Below, piece after piece: positions 49,601 through 63,900 of a stretch of 64,000 nt of DNA (position 1 is the stretch's first letter; every line of letters starts with the position of its first letter). A model generated the notes under the pieces. It was not told where the DNA came from. It saw only the letters and a list, made by a program, of their open reading frames with translations, and did not search any database. The translations under genes were made by a program, and so were the position numbers. The stretch comes from Klebsormidium nitens (lineage: Eukaryota > Plantae > Klebsormidiophyceae): the NCBI GenBank assembly GCA_000708835.1, contig DF237055.1, positions 62,001 through 126,000 of the forward strand, in the 5' to 3' direction.

Positions 49601-51987
49601 GGGAGGACACGAGCACCAGATACCACTCGAGTATGACTGCTCTGAGACTTCCACCATTACCAGATTGAGTGGAGTCGACATAACATCAAGTAAGCAGTGA
49701 GAGCGCTGGACACGCATTCGTCATCAGGTCTGGTTTTCTCTGTTCAACATACTTTGAATGCGAAGACGATCAGGAGCGCTTTTGGGGAACTGCGGTTGAG
49801 TGATCTTAGGGGACCAATCGTGCCCCCCCAGGTCTGGAAGGGTGCTTGAACATATGCATTCCTGACAGTGAACTCCCAGTCTCTGACGTCTTTCGCTTAA
49901 ACGCCTTGCTGACTGTACAGGTGGCTGATTGACGGCCGTTTAGTGCGTAACGTGACTCGTGAGCGGGGCTCTCCGTACCCTAGCAAGCCTTCCTACCTGT
50001 AAGGAACGAGTATACTTGACTCTCTCACTCTTGCAACTGACTACTGTCCTGCAATGCACTCATATCAGCCCTTCGTCCGCTGTCAAGCTCTAATTCCATA
50101 CAATCTCACCGGCATCTCATCTCTCCAGACGGGAGTCCGATGCCTTCGCTCCTCAGCGCAAAACAACGTTCCAACACTCAAACCTCCGCAAACGCGTCAC
50201 ATTTATCCGGACTGTGGTAGACAGTATCTTTCTTTTCGCAATCCAGGTACGCCAGTGTTTGGGATGGCACACCAATCAACAACGGGACGTGGTCTGGCAC
50301 GGCGAATTACAAGGATGCACCTTACTTCTTCCATCTGCGTAACGTGTCCTTTACTCCGTTGCGGGTGGCAATTTCACGTCAGAACTGATAGAAAGTTCTG
50401 AAATTTGGTAGCCTCGTCCATTGTGGACTCGACCAACTTAAATAAGATGTCCGAATTGGACGACAAATTGTGGACTGCCAACCAATCACACAGCAATTGT
50501 AGCATACTAAAGTCCAATCCTTCTAGACGCAAGATCACTGAGACTTCGTAACACGGATGAAGAACGGGGCTCTATGATGCTCAACCAGACGGTCAAGTAC
50601 ACGAGCACGTCTGGATATAGCACATCTGCCATTATGAATCTGGTGTCATCATAAAACGGATAGCGGGCTTCCATCTGATTTGAATTCCTCTTCTTGACAG
50701 CGTGGATTGATGCCGCATGCTTTCGGAGGCAAGTCTGCTTATTTCTTTGAGGTACTATATTTTCAGTAGATCCAGGTTTTGGGCTGATTAATAGAGGTGG
50801 CTTGCTGTAAGCTCATCACACAGCAGACACAAATCTCCCTTTGTCATGACCAGAGCTCAATCAGATGCTTTGAGCGCGATCTGTAAGCGCCAACCCAGGT
50901 AAGGGTCAGATCGAGAGTCGGGCCAAGCAAACTGCTTGAAACCAGAATTACGCATGCGTGCAGTTGATTGGTATGGTACTCCGCAACATGTAAAGGTTGG
51001 ACCTGGTTCATCTACCATTTTGATTAGTGTTTGAGCGTTCGCCGGTCAATGAACGGTGCAACGGTATAACTATTGGAAACACTATTTGAGAGCCAAAGGA
51101 TGGACGATCGTGATTCATTCTGTCAAGAAAGCTCCACCATGATTGTAAGGCTGGCCGTTCCTCGAACGGCCCATGCGGCCTCGGCTTACTAAGTATTCAA
51201 GAACGTATGATCTTGTCGATCGTGCTCGATCTCTGCCGAAAGTCGGAAGCCGACGCCAGCGACCTCGCCGCGCGGCCCTGCTTTTCGCTAAGCTTAGTGC
51301 TTTCCTGATCATCGCATGTGGGCGCATCGTTCTGACATTGTAACTGACTCAGCCCAGTTGCAATGCATAATTAACCGCGTAATTCGACCCTCAGATGCGC
51401 ACGACCGTCGTACAGTAACACGAAACTGCGTCGACTGAAAAACCATGAACAGCAGGCTAGCGAATCGTATAATCTATCCCAGTCCACCTTATGCATGCCG
51501 CTCGGTGGGCAGTATGTACCAGAGCTGCGTACGGTAAGAACAAACCAATTGGACTCAATCTCAATCCGAATCAGCATGAGAGCGGCGCCTTCAAAGTCGG
51601 CGCTTCGGCGGTTCCTGAACAGAATCCTTGTGGACGTTGAGGACCACATCAACTAACAACCGATTGGACTCAATACACCATGCCGCTCGCTTCGCCGAAG
51701 TCGAGTCGAGTAATGCATAAGGCTCACTGAGCAATCTACTAAGTCATTCACATGGGCCCTCCAGTCAGCCACTCAGTCGCAAGAGCCATTGAGTAGGTCA
51801 ATTGAACAAAGGTGCATTGAAGTTTAAATGCGTGCAATAGCTTTCGCTTAGTACGTAAGCTGATCGTCTAATCCTGAACTTAGTCAGCTCAATTTGCCGT
51901 ACCAGCAGAACCGCCTCAGCATACTACCAGCAGCACGCCTCAGCGTCTCACAGAAAACTTGCCACGTGTCCACCACTTGAAACTCCT

Positions 51988-54900
51988 TCAGGCATGTGCC
52001 TTGATCACGCGCCGCACCCACCGCCCGCTCTCGGGGTCAAGCTTGAGCTCCCATGTGGGCCAGTAATGCAGGTCCTGCTTAAGAGACAACACTTTCGGCT
52101 TTCCGTTCAAGTGCACCGTTTTCAAGCGGACGAACGCCCCGTGTTTGACTTTGTTCACGGCCGCAAGGAACGCGTCCAAATTGGGCGTCGGACGTCCGTT
52201 GACTTCGAGGATCCATTGGAGGGCGTACAGAGCGTACCGGTGGACGGGGCTGCCGTGGCACCACCTGCCACGTGGAAGAATAATGATTGAATGTGACGCC
52301 ATGTGACGTCTTCAAATAAAGATCCATCGAAGGGCGCACAGAGCGTACTGGTGAACAGGGACTCCGTGGCACCACCCGAAACATGGAAGGAGTGAAATAG
52401 GAGGTCACGTCACGTGAAGTCAAAAGCACAGACGACAGAGGGCGTCACAGGAGAGGTGACTTGCTTTGGCGCCCGGCTTTCACAAGCGTGGTCACGATGT
52501 TCGCAGAACGGGTGCAAAAAGCAGGTAACATCGTATAAGGAAACGATGATGATTGCAAAGATGGGAGAGGGACTTTACTTCCACGCAGGGACGCTGCAAT
52601 CGACAGAGCGGTGTGCCAATGTCTCAAAGTCGGCGCGGCGGGCTTCCGTGGCCATCTGGGACTCAGCAATTCGGAGATTCTTATGTGCTCAGGAACTTTG
52701 GCTGGGGGCCGCATTAGGAACTGCTTTCTCAACGATGCTTGTCGCAACCTTCCAATCGAATCGACGTACCGAAAAGGTGCCCACACTGATCAACGACTCG
52801 CACCCAACAATTCAAACGCCCACCACCAAAGCACGGCCGTCGGAGCTTACGAGCAACGAACTCTGCTCACCTTAAAACAATGTCCAACCGCAAACCTCAA
52901 CGCTCACCTGGAGATATAGACGCCATTCCCTTCCTTGGGCATGAAGTTGAGCGACTTGACGGCCCGATGCGGTTCTTGCAACGCGGCCCCCGCCCAATGC
53001 ACCATGCGCGTGGTCCCCAGACCGTTCTCCAGCTCCGTGCCTACCGTCACCTGGAGCTCCGCCCCCTGCAGAATAGTGCGAACTCTATTCAGACCTGCGC
53101 CTGTCCGTTTCCCTCGCTTGGACGCCAGAAAGTGGGAAAGTGAGAACGTCGGAAACTCGGAAACTCGGACAGTCATCGAGATCAGCCGCGGTACTGCTTT
53201 TCCAACTTTTCTTGTGACTGAGGTATGCCATCTGTTCCTCTCTTCCGCTTCTGGGAACCGTAATTCATTAGCAGGAAGCCGTCAACAAAGCCCGATAACA
53301 GTTTTACGACCGCTGCTGTCTTAGAACGGCGAAAGTCTGAGGACCTTGGATCCGAAACACGTGTATCGAGCGGCCTCTGATGACGGTTTTAGTCTGGGCT
53401 TTTGTGTGGATCATCTCGACAGTTGCCTCTTTCTCTGATGAGTAACTCTTTCTGACAAAAACCCTACTGGAAAACGTGGTGATCCAGTGGCTTGGTCTTC
53501 TTGAAACAAAACCATGACTGGAAGACGTGGTAATCCAGTGGCTCGAATTCCTGAAAACCCGATAGATCTTCGAACGGAAGAGACGAACGACTCAAGCGGC
53601 CGAAGCCGCTCAACTTCCTCCGAGAGCTTCTTCCCACTCTGAAAACCTCACGTTCCATTGTCCATCCAAAGCAGGCACCTTCTTTGCACGTGCCCACGAA
53701 AAACCCCTGGCTGCCACGTGTCAGATCGTCCACACACCCACCTGGCGGAGCACCGTGAGCGGGAGCGTTTCGCCGCCGCTCCCCTCGAGACCGCTGCAGG
53801 CGACTTCGACGTCCCGGTAGCACGTGACCGGTTCCCCGTTGATCGCCAGGATCATGTCGCCTTGCTGAAGGGCCTTCTCGGCCGCAGAACCCGCTAGACA
53901 TCCCTTGACACGGAGCACCTGCCAGGAGAAAGGTAAGTTTTTAACAGTCTGGTTAAAGGAGTCATTACTCTTCTGTCGAAATAAACCGTTCTTCAGAAAA
54001 AGCGCCTTGCTGAGGCCCCAGAACCCGCTAGACATCCCTTCACCCTAAGCACCTGTCAGGGAGGAAATCGAGAAGCTGTTCAGAGAAAGAATCATTGATT
54101 CAAATTCCGATTGGGAGACGATGGCGGTTTATGGCCATTATTATCTCGCCCTGCTGCAAACACCTTCGTGCGAGCAGGATCGCTAGACAACCTGCTATGG
54201 GCGCACCTGCCAGAAACGAAATGAGGGGAGGTTTGCGAAGCGGAGAGGGTGTTTTGGAGCCGCTTCGAGTCTCCAAGGATGAGGGTTCGATTTTGTCTAT
54301 GGCTTTTTCTTATAGTACGAAGGGAAAATACCAGAAGCAATCGAAGCACCTGCCAGACATCGAACAACTCCGAATGAACGTGCTGGATTGAAAGAACCAC
54401 AAAGAAGGGGTTCGTTGTGCTCTAAGGTGGTAAACCTTCAGCTGCAGAACTGTTGTCAGCTTCCTTTTATTGCGAGGAGCTGCTAGAATTTTAAACCCTT
54501 CCAGTCTAAGCCGCATTAACCAGATTGTAACGGCCAGCTTTTTTCCCAATGTAAACGTACATTAACCCGCTAGTAACCTGCGTCCAACAATACATTTGTC
54601 CGGCATACCTCACCCCACCTTTTGCCGGAAGACGACATCACACCGGCGTCCCAATCCGCTATCACTAACCAGACCTCAAAGCTTGGTTATCCCACCATAA
54701 TCAGCCACTAACCTGGCTCTGGAGTGAGTCCTTTTCCAACGAATTTCAGACCCACTGTTCGGACACACCAAACTGCATTCCCGGAACATCACTCGCTGTT
54801 ACCAATGAATTAACGGTTCAGTACCTCTCCGTAACCCGCCACTGACCTGTCTCCGGAGGGGGTCTTTCTCCAGCAGTTCCTTGACCCACTGTTCGGACAA

Positions 54901-57900
54901 ACCGGACAGGGAGCGCCGTTACTGATCAGAACCTTAACCACACCGTAACCAGCCACTAACCTGTCTCCGGAGGGAGTCTTTCTCCAGCAGTTTCTTGACC
55001 CACTGTCAGTTAACCACACCGTAACCAGCGACTAACCTGTCTCCGGAGGGAGTCTTTCTCCAGCAGTTTTTTGACCCACTGCTCGGACAGTCCGAAGCTG
55101 CGCGCCTGCGACAGCAGCGTCCGAGACATTTCCACTCCGAGCGTCCGTAAGAGGGGCACTCCGCAGCCGTGGATCCGGGACGGAAGTGATGACGTGGCAG
55201 GCCCTGGGCCGTTGATGAGGGCGGGCAGGACTTCCGCTACCGGGTAGATGGGCATGCCACGGACGAACTGCTGGTCCTCGTTGGAGTCGCTGTACTTGAC
55301 CTGGAAAAAAGAAAGCATCTGGAATGAAGAACAGTTGTCGAATCTGCATCATCTGGCACCTCGCTTCGACTCTATGGTTTATTTCATGATAAACAACAGA
55401 ATAGATACAGAATACTACAGAATAAAATGGAAGGAACAGTCCATCTTCATGTGCTTTGATGGGCGCCAAAGCCGTACAGTTTTCCGTCAACGACTAAGTG
55501 CAAGAAAGAACGATTGGAAAAGATTCTAGGCGGACGGGCTGGTCGATTTCAGAAACTCCGCCATGCTTGTGCAAGCTCCCGCGATTACTTTTACACAAGA
55601 CTTTCCATGGCTCTTAAGACGGTTTTCGAAGGCAAGACTTTCCTGAGTGGCGCATTCGAAGGAAACCAAAAGCGCTCACCAAAAGCCGGTTTCTCATAGC
55701 TTACTCTCAACGGCAGCCCTACTCTCCCCTCAACCCCACAGTCTAGGCGTTCCACCTCACCTCTATCGAGAAGCTAGCACGAGCACGCCTCTACTGAGCG
55801 TTTCTCAACACCCCAGTTTCCATCTTGATTCCTAAACCCTTTGATATCCAACACCCTACACCCTGAAGCTTTGAAGCTTTGAAACTTTGAAACTCTGAAA
55901 TCTCTCACCTGCATTGAGAAGCTGGACCAAAGCGCAAGAACGCCCCCCCGGTCGTCCGCCAAAACCCCCGCGAACGACGCGCCAAAGTCCGTATCCAGCT
56001 CGATAAGCTCCATGTTCATTGCCCGGTACCGAGGGGCGTCCGCTGAGCTGACGTTCGCCGCGAGGTTCGGGTTAGTGACAACGGACTTCCGGGAGGTTGG
56101 GAGTAACCCGTCCGTTAACCCGGTGAGGTTAACCTTGTCCCCTCGGCGGAGGGTGACGTCAGGCCGGAGGGTTGCGGCGCGGAAGTGGGGGGCGCCCGCG
56201 CCGAGGTCGCGGGGGTTGTATGCGACGATGGCGAAGTTGTGGACTGGGTGGAGGAATACCACCTGGAGAGGCGAGTGGAACTCAGTACGACTTGTGATCA
56301 TCAATTCAAGGGCACTTCGGGTTCTCCGAACTTGCGAGATGCTTGAGAATAACCACTGTTTGAACAATGCGATACAAACATGAAACGTGCATAGTATGCA
56401 TGACGGATGCAGAAGAGGATGAACAGGATCAAAAAGAAGGAGGAGCACGAAGAGGAGACTTGTGACGTCCGAAACGCGGGAGCAAGCAGGATCATGACAC
56501 GGCGTTGGCAGGAAACGGAACAACATCTGAGCCTCTGGTCGATTAGCCCGTTTCGCTACAATTACTTTGCAAACTTCGAGGCATTACAATTTCTTGACCA
56601 CCTCAAGCAGACATACAAGCACAGCGAACAATTCAGGTCTACAGAAGGCAACACGAACTTGTTCTCACAAGCTCAAGCCCCACGCCATTCTTTAAATTTT
56701 GCCAATGCTTCGCACAGAACTCCAGCAAGGGCTATCTCTCCAAAACGTGCGCACCTCTGCGGGAATCTCGACGGGGTAGGCCACGAACGACAGCATGACG
56801 TCACCCACGCTGATGGGCACGGTATTGCGGTCCACGGCCACGAGGCCCAGCGTCGGCGAGTGGTGCACGATGAGGCCCGTGCCGATGAAATGCTGCGCAT
56901 GCACGCCATCCAGCAACGCCTGCGGTTAAAAAGGCAGTGATCAGATGGTGGATCAAGGATTGCATCAAAAGTGACGAACTTTGGGGCCGTCTAAGTGTTG
57001 GAGGAGATCAGAGGTAAGTGGCGGTGCTAAGCGATGGACGAATAGGCCCGTGCCGCTGTAAGTGCTGTGCGTGCACGCCGTCAAGCAACGCCTGCGATTG
57101 CAAAGTAACATCTATTTTGTGCATCAAGGAGCTAATCAGAATGACAAAGTTCTTCCAGAGGCGGTCAAGTATTGAGGCAAATACGAAGTAAGTGGCGAGA
57201 CGAAGCGGTGGACCATCAGGCCCGTGCCGAGAAAGTGCTGCGCATGCACGCCATCCAGCAGCGCCTGCGGTTAAAAAGTGATGGAACAGGTTGTGAATCA
57301 AGGAGTCAATCAGAGGTGACAAAGTCCTTTGGGTTATTTCAGAGGCCGTTTTAAGTGTCGACAGAAATAGAGTCAAGTGGCAGTACTAAGCGGAGGACAA
57401 TCAGGCCCGTGCCGATAAAATGCTGCACATGAACGCCGTCCAGCAACGCCTGCGGTTAGAAAGTAACGCTTATGTTGTGGATCAAACGATTGCATCAGTA
57501 GTGTAAACGTTTTTCAGGTTGTTTCAGAGGCCGGCAAGTGTTGAAGAGGGAATAGAGTCGAGTGGCAGTACTAAATGGTGAACAAACAGGCCCGTGCCGA
57601 TAAAGTGCTGCGAATGCACGACGTTGAGCAACGCCTACAAAATAAGAATGTCACTATATCTGATTTCGACTTGAGCAGATTGTAGCAGACTTATCCAGAT
57701 TCACCGTGCAGTAGACGATAACGCCCGCCCCAATGAGAGGCTATGCATAGACTGCCTGCAGTTGAAAAGTTTGATTTGAAAGAGCGGATCGAAAGGTGAC
57801 GTACTCTTAACGTTCTTTGCTTCAGTCAATTTTGGATCGAAAGATTGGGTCAAGACTTCTTAAACGGCTTTAGGGGTCCATCAAGCGCTTCTTGGCAGTA

Positions 57901-60900
57901 AATAAAGTGCCAATGAAGTGCCCCCTGCCAAGGCAGTGCTGCAAGTGGACGCAGTTTAGCAACGGCTGCGTTCAAAGAGCTAAAAAAGAAGTTTAGATCG
58001 AAGGGTTGAACCAAAGGTGAACGAGAAGCCCTCAAGCATTCAAGGTGATCAGCATCGGAGAGCGGTGAATTATGCGGGCCGTTTCCAATGAAGTGTTGTG
58101 CATGTGCTCCGAATCGCAATGCTGCCTTCAAAGTTCGAAACGATTTACGATAGGTTCGTGTGATTACCAATTTGAGATCGACTCAGGTGTAGCAAGGGAA
58201 TGGCATTGTCTCTGCCAGAGGCAACGAGAACGAGAGGACGAAATAACAGAGTAAAAGAAACGACACGAGGTTATGGTGATGTCAGGAGCATACCATGGGC
58301 GGTATGTGCACGTCCATCATCACAAATGACGGCTCCAAGATCTGCTCCACCGCATGGGCCGTCACCTCCTGGGGGTCTGCGTCGCCAGCCGTTTCTACCC
58401 CCCCGCCAGCGCCCTCTCTCCGACTTTCCCCATCGGCGTCCGGCCTTCCGTTCGCTTCCGGAACGGAACCCTCCGGCCCCTCTAGCCGCCTCCGTTTGTT
58501 GGGGCTCGCCCTATCCCCATCAGATTCCGCTCTCAGCCCGGCGGACTCCGCCGCCGGCCCCGGACCAGATCCGTTTCCTTTCGCAACACTCGGTTTCGCG
58601 TCTCCACTACCCCCCTCACTCTTCGCTAAACCGTTCTCCTCCTTCCCGGACAAAAGCTTCCTCGCCTCTAATGCGGGTAGATTGCTGATTCGATCTAAAT
58701 CTGACGACGGGGTTAACTTTGGGGTTTTGGCGAAGGCGGGACGCGGCTGCCAGAGCCCAGTGGTGTCGTCCCGGGTGTAAATTTGCGGGGGGCCGTACCA
58801 GTTGTGACGGTCCAGCGTCACTAGGACGGTCTGAGGAGCGAAAAGCAGATTGTCAAAAATGAGAGGTCGGTGATGAGGGTCGGTGAAAATTTCCGGGCTA
58901 CCGGTTGCTTCTGTGATTCGAAAGGAAGGCAGTCGGGCAACTTTTCTCGCAGCTTTGCAGTTATCTGTTTTGGCTAAACCCAAGAAAGCCAGATGATTCC
59001 TTAAAACTCATAAGCAATTCCGTGTTGGAAATATACGTCCATCTTCGGTGTGCAGCACCATAAGTCGGATCGGGATCGCCTCTTCTCGTAGACGGCCACT
59101 ACGCTTTCCTGCGCCGCACTCTCGAAGCCCACACCCAATCGAATGAACGCGCCAAGCACCTGCCACTGTACACGATACTCAGATTCAAAACTCCGCCACA
59201 AATCAAAACCCCGGAAAGATGGAGGCCAGAGCCCCTCCAGACTCCGCCAAAACTTCCGGGGCCTTACCTTGCCCCGGTGTCGGTCCGAGTTGGTCACAAA
59301 CTCGAGGGGCACTTTGGCGCCCGGTTGGAGCCCCCCGAGCACCTCGATGAAGGCGGCCATGTCGGGCGTCTCGCGGCTGTTGAACTTTTTGATGACGGCG
59401 TGCTTCGGGACCGCGGCGCGCGCAAGCGTGTACCCGGGCTCGGCGACGTAGACCAGCCCGCACGGGAAACGGAAGTTGCGCGCCTGGGAAGGAAACATCA
59501 ATGCTGATTCGTAAAATCAGGAAAAGTCAAAAGAACGGGTATAGGCTATGGACCGTGGTATGCGCGAAAGTGTATCCCTGCTCCGCAACATAGATCAGCC
59601 CGTGCGAGAAGCGGAAATTGCGTGTCTGATAGTACCAAGAAAATATTGGTCTCAGTCTTTCAAGGCCTCGAGATTCCTCTGTAAGACGATTTTGAACGGC
59701 GAACAGAGGATCCACAGAGATACACCATGCCTCAAAACAGCGGCGCGCAGTCGTCAAACCGTAGTCCAGCCTACAGGGGAAGCAAAATCTCCGAGAAGAA
59801 AGCAGAGTAAGGAGTTGGTACCTTTTCTACAGACTGGAAGAAACTGACCGCACCCTCGATTCCCTTCAAAGACAAGCTTCCATATGCTTTCCCATCGAGT
59901 TTCAGAGAGTGGGTGAACGAGTAATTGCGCAACCAAAACGAAGCGGAGACTACCCACCTCTGCATCCAAGAAATGCTGTCATGACAGCAAATGGAGTAAA
60001 GTTAAAATTCCTCGAATTGGGGGGCTCACCTGCTGGTAGGACAGCGGGTGTACGACCCCCCCGCTAAGCTCCAGGAACCAGTCGGGAGTGATGGAGTGCA
60101 AATTTTGGACCAGTAGCTGTGTCGTGATGGCTTGACCCCCCCGCACCACTTCGACGGAAATTCTCTTGCCCACCGAGTCGTCCAGGAGGGCCTCCAAAGC
60201 GTAGAATTGGGTTACGATCTGCAAAGGCGGAAGCGTTGCTTCAGCGAAACGGTATGCAGAAGGTTGGGAGCTTTGTGTTGTTTGACAAAAGGTATTGTTA
60301 TGTCCAACGAAAGCAGCGACTTCGGAGCGTCTTTGGAGGGCAGCATAGCTGTCCCAGAGATATTGCACTCTTTGTTACGTCATCTCCGAATCCTCGTCCC
60401 TCAACCTTTCCTACCACTGACTTTCATGGGACAAGAGTCCTTTCAGCTCAATCTCTTTTAGGTTTGAGCGGTTCTGACTATCCGGCAATGTCCAAAAAGT
60501 AGCGGCCCAGTCTTCGGCCCGCTCCAAATCCATCTCGGTGCCTCTTCACACATCTTTGAATAGCGAGGCCACACAACAAGCAAGCGGTAGAGCAAGCGAA
60601 GCCGACGGAGTAGAAGCGCACGACAAGCGACGAACTTACAAGCGCGGGCACACAACAAGTCTTCCGAAAGCCCTCTTTACCTGCCCCTCGACCCGCACGA
60701 GAACATCCCCCGTCTCTAGTTGTCCGTGAGCGGGCCCCGCTGGCACCACCGAATCGACCACCAGCATTCCTGTCTCCTGCTTCGCGGACGCCCGGACCAG
60801 GCCCTCCGTCTCGCGTCCGAGGCCCAGGCGCCGGACCTCGTCGAAACCCTTGTGGACCAGGGTGGTCTGCAGAGGCGACACGTGTCTTGGTGTGAGGGGC

Positions 60901-63900
60901 GCAGACATTTGTTTAGACAGTACTACCAACAGCAGAAAGTTTCTAAGCATTGATTGCGTGGCATTTGCATCGAAAATTCAGCGGACTGCTCAAGATGAAG
61001 CACGATCAGAAGGATTTTTCGAGGATCAGCCAAGCGTCACTTTTGACGCCTAGGTTGCAACGTCGAACTTTGTATATCACGAAATTGGACAGCGTATGAC
61101 GAAATGAGGCGAAAAGACGATATGAAGCGCAAAGATGTTTAAGCCTGATCTGTGAAATGAAGTCGGAGCAATTTCGAGGTCTTCGTATCAAACTCAGAAC
61201 ACTATCACAAAGGGAAAGAGGCAAAAACGAGAACGTCGGAGAAAGTAAAGGTCACGAGCACGATATCATGCAAGCATTGTCATATTCAGATCTGACAACG
61301 ATTGGAATTTTGAAACAACATGCCACAATCCGCTGAATCTCGGATGTATAGTTTCTACAAGCTTCCAATTAGTGGTGAGCTCTTGACCTGAAAGACTATT
61401 ATCCAACCTGCAACGTTCCCCTGGGAATCTGCGGCGCAGGCCACCCCGGCAGGGCCGTGTCCGGTCTGCTCGTTTGTAGAAACCGCAGCGCTCGGACAAC
61501 GCGTCCGAGGGGCAGAAAGAACGCCGACGCGGAAGTCGACTTGCTGCCCGCGTTCAGCGCGACCGCCTGGCCGTGGCAGTCGATGACGGGGGACCCGCTG
61601 CTCCCGCCCTTAGTGCCAGACGCGGCCTGGGGGGTTAATGCGAGGGCAGGTGAAGGCTCGGGTCAAGCAAGGGTGAATTGGAGCACGAGATTCGGAGTTA
61701 GGTGGAATGAATGTTGGTTTGGCAGCGAGGGCAGGTTAAGGCTCGAGGTAAACAAGGGTAGGTTGGAGCACGAAATCGGGGTTAGGTGGAGTAGATATAA
61801 AGTGGGCATTCAAACGAAGGTATAGCCCGAAGCTTCAAACCCGAGAATCGAGGCAAAGTGTGAAGATTGCAGGAGCCACAGCGAATGAACTCCAGAGTAG
61901 GGGAAAAACTTTGAAACATAGGGACTTATCGCTACACTCTCGAGCTCCATACGATGACCACTGTAGATTGTCAGTACCCAACCGTTCATTAAACCACCCC
62001 ACGTTCTGCGTCCAATCGAACGTGCAATCCGCAGATCGATCGTGCTCCCATTACAAAAGACTGGGAATCACGGACGTCAAGTGATGACTTGCGTTGGCAA
62101 AAGAATATGTCCATACCTGGATGTAGAAGGTGTTGAAGTCGTTGAAGCCCTCCTTCTTGTAGTGTGGGGCGTCCCGGTCCAGGCGGGCCAGCGTGCCAGC
62201 GAGAATGGACACCTGGCAGAGAGAGGGGGTTTCGGAATTTGAGGTTGTTGGAGACAGAACGAAGTAAAGATCATGTCCTTCCGCCGACTCGCCGGTTTCC
62301 AAGATTCGGATCAGAAAAATATATGCACTATCAAGTGAGTACGTCTCAATTGCTCATCTCGTTTTGGTCGTTACTTTTCTTTGTCCACTGTACGGGTGCT
62401 GTACCTGGTTGCTTGTCGCTTCTCCCCACTTGATTTGAATTTGGTGTCCTCTATCGACTGTTGAAATTTGCGTAATCTGTTTAGAGTTCAAGACAGGTGT
62501 GACCCTGACGGAGTGATTGGCTCTGGTCGGGGCGTTCCATCAAGGTGGAACGCGGCATGGAAGATCCATCAGATTCTCCTCTGCAATCGAGGAGCCATTG
62601 ATTGCAGAGGAGAAAGGGAGCACGGCATGAAGGAGATCAGCAGGGCCGCACCTTTTCTCCTGAGTCGTTCCCAACGACCCTAATTTCCAGTCCAACAGTG
62701 GCAGCTTCCGGCACGAGCGGTACCTCTTCCAGGTCCATGAACTGCACTGCTGCCGGGTCGAAGTGCATGAAGCCGAAGTCGTGAACCGGGTCCCGGTACA
62801 GCGGGTGCACCGGGATCTCTTCACGATCCAGGAAGACAGCCTCTGCCACGACGGGGCCTGGGAAAATCCAAGAAATGGCATAAGGATATAATTTTTAAAA
62901 AAGAGTGAGTATTGATAGAAATAAGTACGGAGGGACTTTGATAGAGGGACTTTCATGGTCCACCGGGTGCGCTGGGATCTCCTCGCGATCCTAGAAGTAG
63001 GCCTCTGCTATGGCGGGGCCTGGGGCGGGGCCTGGAAAGAGGACAACTAGCATGGGTTTCTCTCCTGGTGGAAGGGGAGGTGAGAAGGGGTCACTGAATC
63101 GGAGAATGTCCAGTACAGGGGTGCACCGGCGTCCCCATACGGTTGAGAAAGACACCCTCTGCCACGAACCCCCGGGGGAAAACAAGAACTAGCATCAAGA
63201 TAGTACCGGTTGACAACTGGAGATTTGAGAGGAAAACGTTTGAAGAGACTTAATGAAGGGGGACGCGGGATCTCGTTGCGGGCCAAGAAGACGGCCTCTG
63301 CAACGACGGGACTGGGGAAGTATACTGCAGCACTGGTTGAGAAGTGGTCTTTGAGAGGGAAGGTTTCAGGGGACTTTTAGGGTCCAGCGGGTGCGCCGTA
63401 CTCTTCTTACAACAGGACACAACTCCAGATCAACAGAACAGAAGCAAGACTTTCTTTGATTCCAGCAAAGAACTTAGCCAACTGCCACGACAGTGGCTGC
63501 TGTGACATCAAGGGTTGTCTGGCAGTGAGGGTTCAGTGACCTCGAATACCCCTGATTGCTACATCTGGATTTGCAGATCTGCAGGTCGTTCTTGGCTGTA
63601 ACTTTTAGCCTCTCCTCCATCAAATCATATGTTTTCAAAGTTATTGGCTGCCAGCCAGCACCTCCAAGTCCCGTTTAGTAGGCATCCATGATCCTGGATC
63701 TTCCAGCGGCGGAAGTGTTTCGTTGGCAAGTCAAGTACTTAAAAGTGCCTGGAGTATAATCACATCCTTGTCCATCAGCTACTATGTGTTCTTCGCATCG
63801 ATTGCCAGTATATCGGGCAAGCCATATTCTCCATTTCGCAGCCGGTGTGGCTCCAAACGGTGTATCAGTGCCTCTTTGCTGCACTCTTGATGACCGACCT

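Noticed and set aside
57030-57640. CRISPR-like repeat array
   Set aside because: The units are degenerate copies of the adjacent DEG7 exon junction, spacers are mutually similar, and no cas genes are present.
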